Assembly: GCA_040752695.1 (NCBI GenBank)
Contig: JBFMGO010000137.1
Location: 1-13,963, forward strand
Reading direction: 5' to 3'
DNA: 13,963 nucleotides
From: a bacterium
GTDB taxonomy: Bacteria > SZUA-182 > DTGQ01
Below the pieces are notes generated by a model. The model saw nothing but the letters and a program-made list of their open reading frames with translations, was not told the origin of the DNA and did no database searches. The position numbers and the translations under genes are program-made. This document shows positions 7,752 through 13,963 of this stretch, piece by piece; within the stretch, counting starts at the first letter, position 1, and each line of letters starts with the position of its first letter.

Positions 7752-7930
7752 GCATGTCAGGAGAGCGCAGCATGACAGGATGGGCAGTATGACAGGATGG
7801 GCAGTATGACAGGATGGGGCATCGTGTCAGGAGAGCCCGGTGTGCCAGGGGATGCCGCGCACGCCAGGAGAGCGCAGTGTGTCAGAAGGGGGGACAGCGT
7901 GTCAGGAGAGCTTGGTGTGTCAGGAGGGGA
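7752..7930 (+). repeat. Tandem array of ten 17-20 bp units with a CAGGA core
   Basis: Cores at 7758, 7776, 7793, 7810, 7828, 7846 (CAGGG), 7865, 7883 (CAGAA), 7903 and 7921; three near-identical gcagYatgacaggatgg copies at 7767-7817. Confidence 0.9.
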
Positions 7931-7941
7931 TGCTTGATCCG

Positions 7942-9105
7942 ATGAAAGAGCCGTCAAAGCATTCTGCACTTTTCCCTCATGCCATGCCCGTGCGTCTTCT
8001 GGTCACTGGCGGGGCTGGTTTCATCGGTTCGAATTTCATCCGCTACACGCTTGCCAACCGGCCGATGTGGAACATCGTCAATCTCGATGCCCTGACTTAC
8101 GCCGGAAATCTGTCCAATTTCGACGACCTTGCTCCGCAGGATGCAAAAAGGCACTGTTTCGTACAGGGGGACATCAGGGACAGGGAATGTCTGATTCGCA
8201 CCTTGAGTGAGGAAAACTGTGATGTGATTGTTCACTTTGCCGCAGAGTCTCACGTTGATCGCTCAATCCTTGGGCCTGAGGCATTTGTCGAGACGAATGT
8301 CCTTGGAACCTTTCATCTCCTTGAGGTGGCCAGGGCCTATTGGGAAGGGAAGGGGAAGCCGGACACTTTTCGCATTCTCCATGTATCCACGGATGAGGTA
8401 TATGGCAGCCTTGGCCCGTACGGACGATTCAACGAAAAAAGCCCTTACGATCCTTCGAGTCCGTATTCGGCCTCGAAAGCTTCCTCGGATCACTTTGTCA
8501 GGGCGTATTTTCGAACCTATGGCCTGCCCACCATGATCACCAATTGTTCGAACAATTATGGGCCGTATCAGTTTCCCGAAAAACTGATCCCTTTGATGAT
8601 CCTGAATATCATAGAACAAAAGCCGCTTCCTGTTTATGGTGACGGGCAAAATGTCCGGGACTGGCTCTATGTGCTGGATCACTGCGAAGCACTTCTTCGG
8701 GTTCTTGAAGCAGGGATGCCTGGGGAAACCTATAACGTCGGGGGCGGCGCTGAGAGGAGTAACATCGACATTGTCCATCAACTGTGTGATATTCTCGACA
8801 GCCGCCTGGATCGATCGGGAGAGAATTCGAGTCACCACCTCATCCGCTTTGTCCCTGACCGCCCTGGTCATGATCGCCGTTACGCCATCGACGCAGCCAG
8901 GATTCAACGAGAACTGGGCTGGAAGCCTCAGCAGGATTTCGGAAAGGCCCTGGCCACAACCGTTGACTGGTACCTGAATCATCTGGACTGGGTAAATGCC
9001 GTGCGCAGCGGAGAATACCGCAAGTGGATCGATCTCAATTACCAGACCCGCGCGGAATGGTGTAAAGGGAAAGGGAAAGAGAAAGGTAAAGAGGGATTGT
9101 TATGA
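7942..9105 (+). CDS. rfbB: dTDP-glucose 4,6-dehydratase
   Basis: [87 protein letters not shown]. The longest ORF starts at GTG 7840 inside the repeat array; real start more likely ATG 7930, 7942 or 7984. Confidence 0.95.
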   Translation: MKEPSKHSALFPHAMPVRLLVTGGAGFIGSNFIRYTLANRPMWNIVNLDALTYAGNLSNFDDLAPQDAKRHCFVQGDIRDRECLIRTLSEENCDVIVHFAAESHVDRSILGPEAFVETNVLGTFHLLEVARAYWEGKGKPDTFRILHVSTDEVYGSLGPYGRFNEKSPYDPSSPYSASKASSDHFVRAYFRTYGLPTMITNCSNNYGPYQFPEKLIPLMILNIIEQKPLPVYGDGQNVRDWLYVLDHCEALLRVLEAGMPGETYNVGGGAERSNIDIVHQLCDILDSRLDRSGENSSHHLIRFVPDRPGHDRRYAIDAARIQRELGWKPQQDFGKALATTVDWYLNHLDWVNAVRSGEYRKWIDLNYQTRAEWCKGKGKEKGKEGLL

Positions 9106-9983
9106 AGGGCATCATTCTTGCCGGTGGTTCAGGGACGCGGCTTTATCCTATCACTCAGGTGGTGAGCAAGCAGCTCATGCCCGTGTACGATAAGCCGATG
9201 ATCTATTATCCCCTTTCCATCCTTATGCTGGCTGGAATCCGGGAAATCCTGATTATTTCCACACCGGCCGATTTATCCCGGTTTCAGGAGCTCATGGGAG
9301 ATGGTGCCCAATGGGGGCTTTCCTTCAGCTATGCAGTACAGCCGCGGCCCGAAGGCCTGGCCCAGGCGTTTGTCATTGGCCGGGACTTTGTCGGGAGCGA
9401 TTCAGTATCTCTTATCCTAGGGGATAATATCTTCTATGGCCATGACCTGATAAAAATCCTCCAAAGAGCAGCGGCCCTCAAGGAGGGGGCAACGGTTTTC
9501 GGCTATTGGGTACGGGACCCGGAGCGCTACGGAGTGGTAACCTTTGATGAGAAAGGCCAGGCCATGAGCATTGAGGAAAAACCGGCTCAACCCAAATCTC
9601 ACTATGCAGTAACCGGCCTCTATTTTTATGATAACCGGGTCCTGGACATAGCTGCCGGACTTAACCCCTCGGCCAGGGGAGAGCTGGAAATCACCGATGT
9701 TAACCGGGCTTACCTGTCCATGGGAGCCCTGAGGGTAGAAAGGCTCGGCAGAGGTATTGCCTGGCTGGATACCGGCACCCATGAGTCCCTGCTTCAGGCA
9801 TCGAATTTTATCGAGGTTGTAGAGCAGCGGCAGGGGCTGAAAGTGTCCTGTGTCGAGGAAATAGCCTACCGCCTTGGCTACATTACGGCCAGTCAGTTAG
9901 AGAGTATGGCCATGAACCTCGCGAAGAACAGCTATGGCCAGTATCTGCTGAACCTTTTGAAAGATGACAGGATAGATCCTTAG
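9102..9983 (+). CDS. rfbA: Glucose-1-phosphate thymidylyltransferase
   Basis: [72 protein letters not shown] overlap with the rfbB stop. Confidence 0.98.
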   Translation: MKGIILAGGSGTRLYPITQVVSKQLMPVYDKPMIYYPLSILMLAGIREILIISTPADLSRFQELMGDGAQWGLSFSYAVQPRPEGLAQAFVIGRDFVGSDSVSLILGDNIFYGHDLIKILQRAAALKEGATVFGYWVRDPERYGVVTFDEKGQAMSIEEKPAQPKSHYAVTGLYFYDNRVLDIAAGLNPSARGELEITDVNRAYLSMGALRVERLGRGIAWLDTGTHESLLQASNFIEVVEQRQGLKVSCVEEIAYRLGYITASQLESMAMNLAKNSYGQYLLNLLKDDRIDP

Positions 9984-10016
9984 TACAGGCAGCTTAGAAT
10001 TACGCAACCAGTTGTT

Positions 10017-10081
10017 GCAGGGGCGACCCCCTATGGTCGCCCACGATGGGGCAAGGGCAGGCACAAGGGGCCTGCCCCTAC
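10017..10081. repeat. Inverted doublet of GTAG-family REP palindromes (REPIN-like)
   Basis: gcag-gggcgacc-ccctat-ggtcgccc (10017-10042; GCAG in place of GTAG) and gggcaggc-acaaggg-gcctgccc-ctac (10055-10081; GTAG on the minus strand). Confidence 0.8.
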
Positions 10082-10302
10082 GATATCAGCGTATTTCATG
10101 CGCCGTGTACTGAGAGTATATCTCTCCAGGAGAGATGGATAGCCCAAGGAGTGGCGAATTCAAGGTGTGGCGAATTCAGGAGTGGAAAGCTCACAGGTAA
10201 CAGAAGGGCAGGAGAGAAGGGGAGAGAGCTGGATAGAACACTCTCCCACCCAGTGAGGGCCTTACCCGGTGAGCCTTATAGGAGGGTTATGAGGGGAGAG
10301 TT

Positions 10303-10878
10303 ATGAATGTTTACCGCACATCCCTGGATGGAGTGCTTTTGATAGAGCCCCATGTTTTTATGGATAGCAGGGGGATTTTCCTTGAGACCTACCAGCAAAA
10401 AAGATACGAAGAGGCCGGGATTGGGGTTGGCAAGCCTTTCGTTCAGGATAATCACTCTCATTCCGTGCGGGGTGCACTGCGGGGCCTGCACTATCAACTC
10501 CTCCATCCGCAGGGGAAGTTAGTCTGGGTGGTCTGTGGCACGATCTTCGATGTGGCTGTGGACATCCGCCGCAACTCTCCCACGTTCGGCAAATGGCTCG
10601 GCATCCATCTTTCAGCCGGTGACCACCGCCAGATATTTATTCCTGAAGGCTTTGCACATGGCTTTTGCGTTCTCAGCGAGCAGGCGGATGTTATCTACAA
10701 ATGCACGGATTTTTACGTTCCCGGCGATGAATACGGCATCCGTTGGGACGACCCTGATTTAGCCATTGGCTGGCCAGTGCGGAATCCCATTCTATCGGAA
10801 AAAGATGCTCACCATCCCTTCCTTTCGCAACAGCGGGAAGAGTGCTTCCCCCTGTTGAAGAACGGCTGCTCCGGCTGA
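10303..10878 (+). CDS. rfbC: dTDP-4-dehydrorhamnose 3,5-epimerase
   Basis: IEPHVFMDSRGIFLETY, FVQDNHSHS, LRGLHYQ, QGKLV, FDVAVDIRRNSPTFGKW, IPEGFAHGF, YKCTDFY, ILSEKDA; gaggggagag RBS. Confidence 0.97.
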   Translation: MNVYRTSLDGVLLIEPHVFMDSRGIFLETYQQKRYEEAGIGVGKPFVQDNHSHSVRGALRGLHYQLLHPQGKLVWVVCGTIFDVAVDIRRNSPTFGKWLGIHLSAGDHRQIFIPEGFAHGFCVLSEQADVIYKCTDFYVPGDEYGIRWDDPDLAIGWPVRNPILSEKDAHHPFLSQQREECFPLLKNGCSG

Positions 10879-11153
10879 GGAGTGATTGCCTGGCAAAGGA
10901 GCGATTGCCATGGTTGCAGTGTGGTTGCCTGGCTGAGGAGTCATTGTCTGGCAAAGGAGCGATTTCTCCGATTACCGTGTGATTGCCTGGTAAAGAAGCG
11001 ATTGCCTCAGCAAGAAGTATGATTACCCCGGTTAAGGAGCGATTTCTCCGATTACCGTGTGATTGCCTGGTAAAGAAGCGATTGTCTCAGCAAGAAGTAT
11101 GATTACCCCGGTTAAGGAGCGATTTCTCCGGTTGCCGTGTGATTGCCTGGTAA
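10873..11153 (+). repeat. Satellite-like array of ~19-21 bp monomers with 58-bp and 80-bp higher-order periods
   Basis: Monomers begin GATT (gattgcctggcaaaggagc, gatttctccgattaccgtgt, gattgcctcagcaagaagtat, gattaccccggttaaggagc); gatttctccg recurs at 10961, 11041, 11121; ggctgaggagt at 10873 and 10931. Confidence 0.92.
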
Positions 11154-11257
11154 CACACCCATCTAAAAGACCCTCGGATTGCGTCATTCCCGCGAAACAA
11201 TGATGAATGGAAAACCGAGATTGAATGCCTATCAGTTCTAAAAAATCCTCAGATTTC

Positions 11258-11327
11258 GTCATTCCCGCGTAGGCGGGAATCCAGAAGTGATTGCCATCTC
11301 CTGGATTCCCGCCTACGCAGGAATGAC
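11258..11327. repeat. Inverted pair of GTCATTCCCGCG-type (dRS3-like ATTCCC-N8-GGGAAT) palindromic elements
   Basis: gtcattcccgcgtaggcgggaatccag (11258-11284) and its reverse complement at 11301-11327 match at 26/27 positions; partial third copy at 11183-11194. Confidence 0.88.
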
Positions 11328-11411
11328 AAAGGATGGATATGGCGGTCATCGAATATGAACGACAATTATGAGCGACAATTTTAAGAGTGAAGGGGTACTG
11401 GCAAAGCGGCT

Positions 11412-11575
11412 ATGTCCCCAGCGGAAGAATGACTTCGCTGGTTAAGGAGTGATGTCCCCAGCGGGGAGTATGATTGCGCCGGTTAAGGAGTGATGTCCCC
11501 AGCGGGGAGTATGATTGCGCCGGTTAAGGAGTGATGTCCCCAGCGGAAGTATGACTTCGCCGGTTAAGGAGTGAT
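11412..11575 (+). repeat. Four tandem 40/41-bp units related to the 10873-11153 array
   Basis: atgtccccagcgg...ggttaaggagtg starts at 11412, 11452, 11493 and 11534; units 2 and 3 are identical. Confidence 0.95.
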
Positions 11576-11794
11576 TTCCAGATTCCGATCGAAAGAGCGA
11601 TTTGTCAAGATTGGTCAAAGGGTGATTCAAAGTAGCTGAAAAACGTGGTCTTACGTCAAGGTTTTTCCGTATGTATTTCGTTTTTCCGTACGTATTTCCT
11701 TTATGGTTTCTGGCTCTTCATGATACCGGAAGCGCCGCTGTGGAGCGTTTCCCTGATGAGGTTCACTGAATAATGGAAAGGTGGTAGAGACATC

Positions 11795-13447
11795 ATGATC
11801 AAGGTAGCTGTTGTAGGGGCAGGTTATTGGGGAAAAAACCTGGTTCGGAACTTTTATGAGCTTGGCGCATTGAAGACTGTCTGTGATAAGCAGCAGGACT
11901 TAAAGCAGAGCTATCTGGAAAAATATCCCGGCCTTTCCTTCACTGATGATCCCCGGACCGTTATGGATGATCAGGATGTAGCGGCTGTGGTTATTGCAGC
12001 GCCGGCGGAAATCCATTACTCGCTGGTTCGGAAGGCACTCCTTGCGGGCAAGCATGTATTTGTGGAAAAGCCTCTGGCACTGGATGTAGCCCAGGGAGAG
12101 GAACTCGTTTCGCTGGCTGAGCAAAAGGGGCTGACCCTCATGATCGGGCACATCCTTCAGTATCATCCTGCCGTACTCAAGCTCAAGCAGCTTATTGACC
12201 AGGGCGAGTTGGGCAAGGTCGATTATGTTTATTCCAACAGGCTCAACATCGGCAAGATCCGCTCCGAAGAGAACATACTCTGGAGCTTTGCCCCTCATGA
12301 TATCTCGGTTATCCTTATGCTCTTAAATGAATTTCCGATGAGTATTCAGGCCAGCGGCGGAGAATACCTGCAAAAGAAGGTAGCGGACGTTACCTTGACT
12401 TCCATGCAGTTCAAAAGCGGTGTCAACGCGCATATCTTTGTCAGTTGGCTTCATCCCTTCAAGGAGCAGAAACTGGTGGTGGTCGGTGACAAACGGATGG
12501 CTGTCTTTGACGATGTCAGCCAGGAGAAACTCTTCCTGTATCCGCACACCATCGAATGGAAAGAGCGGCAGCCTGTGGCCAGCAAGGCTCAGCCCGTGGC
12601 TGTTCCCTTCCAGATGGAAGAGCCCCTGCGTGCCGAATGCCAGCATTTCCTGGACTGCATTCGTGAGAAAAAACAGCCCCGCACCAATGGTCAGGAAGGC
12701 TTGCAGGTTCTTAAGGTACTCGATGCCTGCCAGCGATCTCTCGACCAGGAGGGGAAAAAAATTGATATGAGCGGCCACAATGGCGGACCAGTTTCAGGCG
12801 CTGTTTCAGGCGCAGGCTCAGGAGCAAGATCATCAGGGTCGGCCACCTACGTTCATCCTACGGCGGAAGTTGATCCGGGGTGCACCATCGGAGAGGGAAC
12901 GACGATCTGGCATTTTTCCCACGTCATGAAAGAAAGCGTCATCGGCCGCAATTGCCGGATCGGGCAGAATGTTGTCATCGGCCCCAGGGCAACGGTCGGG
13001 AATGGATGCAAGATCCAAAACAATATTTCGATCTACGAGGGTGTCACGCTGGAAGACGATGTCTTTTGCGGCCCATCTATGGTCTTCACCAATGTCTTCA
13101 ATCCCAGGGCAGCGATTCCCAGAATGAGCGAATTACGTACCACCCTGGTTAAAAAAGGCGCTACCATCGGTGCCAATGCCACCGTTGTCTGCGGCCACAC
13201 GATCGGACGGCACGCCTTTGTCGGTGCCGGTGCCGTAGTTACCCACGATGTCCCGGATTATGCTCTGGTGTTGGGAAACCCGGCCAGGATCTCTGGCTGG
13301 ATGTGCTCCTGCGGCACCAGGATCAAAGTGGGAGGACAGGAAGGCTACTGCCCGGCTTGCGGAAAATCGTACACGATGGATAACGGCAGGATCAGGGAAA
13401 ACAGTGAAATGAATGCAGAGGCTGTCGCAGGAAGCCGCCGCTCATAA
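11795..13447 (+). CDS. Fused Gfo/Idh/MocA oxidoreductase (WbpB/WlbA-like) + hexapeptide-repeat N-acetyltransferase (WbpD/WlbB-like), probably for 2,3-diacetamido-uronic acid nucleotide-sugar synthesis
   Basis: N-half: VAVVGAGYWGKNLVRNF, GKHVFVEKP, ENILWSFAPHD, VSWLHPFKEQ. Gly/Ser linker. C-half: YVHPTAEVD, IWHFSHV, CKIQNNISIYEGVTLEDDVFCGPSMVFTNVFNPRA, GATIGANATVVCG, GNPAR, terminal CSCG...CPACG. Confidence 0.9.
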   Translation: MIKVAVVGAGYWGKNLVRNFYELGALKTVCDKQQDLKQSYLEKYPGLSFTDDPRTVMDDQDVAAVVIAAPAEIHYSLVRKALLAGKHVFVEKPLALDVAQGEELVSLAEQKGLTLMIGHILQYHPAVLKLKQLIDQGELGKVDYVYSNRLNIGKIRSEENILWSFAPHDISVILMLLNEFPMSIQASGGEYLQKKVADVTLTSMQFKSGVNAHIFVSWLHPFKEQKLVVVGDKRMAVFDDVSQEKLFLYPHTIEWKERQPVASKAQPVAVPFQMEEPLRAECQHFLDCIREKKQPRTNGQEGLQVLKVLDACQRSLDQEGKKIDMSGHNGGPVSGAVSGAGSGARSSGSATYVHPTAEVDPGCTIGEGTTIWHFSHVMKESVIGRNCRIGQNVVIGPRATVGNGCKIQNNISIYEGVTLEDDVFCGPSMVFTNVFNPRAAIPRMSELRTTLVKKGATIGANATVVCGHTIGRHAFVGAGAVVTHDVPDYALVLGNPARISGWMCSCGTRIKVGGQEGYCPACGKSYTMDNGRIRENSEMNAEAVAGSRRS

Positions 13448-13533
13448 TATCGCATAGCATCGCATGCATAGCGGCATCGCGAATCGTCCTGCGATGCATT
13501 CTATACGCGGCTGGTTGCGGGTCTGTGTTATCG

Positions 13534-13609
13534 TCCCCTCCCCTTGGTGCGATAAAGGTATTTATCCTCCCTTCGTAAAGGGGGCAGGGGGGGGTGGGTG
13601 AGGGGGATT
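13534..13609. repeat. Nested C-rich/G-rich palindromic element
   Basis: Outer tcccctc (13534) pairs with gaggggga (13600-13607); inner cctcccttcgtaaaggggg hairpin followed by caggggggggtgggtgagggggatt. Confidence 0.6.
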
Positions 13610-13887
13610 TTAAACCGATGGTCCCTTTGAGACCAATGGCCCTATTCAATAACTGGCCGGGTAGTTCCTGCACCTTTCCTGCACCCTGTTCTTTAACCGG
13701 TCATGCTGATCCTTATCCATAACAATCCTTTGAAGATCCGGAAAAAGACAGGTTACGTTTGAAAGAGGAGAGTCTGTCTTTCTCTCATAATATGACCTGT
13801 TGGGGATCAGGAGTTATGGGCTAGTACCTTGTCATGTTCCAATTGATGGGTAATGTAATGACCTCCGGGCTCGATTTGCCCACCCGC

Positions 13888-13916
13888 GTCATTCTGAGCG
13901 AAAGCTCAGAATCCAG
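13888..13916 (+). repeat. GTCATTC...GAATCCAG palindromic element (single copy)
   Basis: gtc-attctgagc-gaaa-gctcagaat-ccag: perfect 9-bp stem with a GAAA loop. Confidence 0.7.
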
Positions 13917-13947
13917 TTACTCTTCAATATTCGATTGAGAGGGTACT

Positions 13948-13963
13948 ATGCACCTTAACCGGC
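13948..13963 (+). CDS. Probable start of the next gene (MHLNR...), product not determinable
   Basis: gagaggg RBS-like motif directly before ATG 13948; only 5 codons are visible. Confidence 0.4.

Noticed and set aside
7840..7929. Extended N-terminus of RmlB from GTG 7840
   Set aside because: It is the translation of the CAGGA repeat array; family similarity starts at (M)PVRLLVTGG.
8263..8982. 239-aa antisense ORF and the other ORFs nested in or antisense to the main genes
   Set aside because: Shadow frames of well-supported genes with no recognisable motifs.
10873..11575. CRISPR array
   Set aside because: Units are contiguous tandem repeats with no unique spacers, and no cas genes are in the window.
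11032..11630. Minus-strand ORFs 11032-11349 and 11442-11630
   Set aside because: They are translations of the satellite and palindromic repeats (e.g. WIPAYAGMT), a common spurious-ORF signature.

Overview
Bacterial surface-polysaccharide locus with all genes on the + strand. In order: an AsnB-like amidotransferase cut by the window edge and degenerate at several catalytic motifs; a short OPX/Wza-type export protein; a Wzc-type co-polymerase/tyrosine autokinase; the dTDP-L-rhamnose genes in the order rmlD-rmlB-rmlA-rmlC; a fused WbpB/WlbA-like dehydrogenase + WbpD/WlbB-like N-acetyltransferase; and probably the first codons of another gene at the right edge. The gene content is conventional. 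The unusual signal is in the long spacers and protein loops: a ten-unit CAGGA array between rmlD and rmlB, two related satellite-like arrays with higher-order periods (58/80 and 40/41 bp) between rmlC and the fused gene, a putative structured RNA with a terminator-like hairpin upstream of wzc, several REP-like palindrome families, and many 6-20 bp tandem micro-duplications, including an in-frame His-periodic insert in RmlD. All calls come from reading motifs by eye; no searches or folding programs were run.
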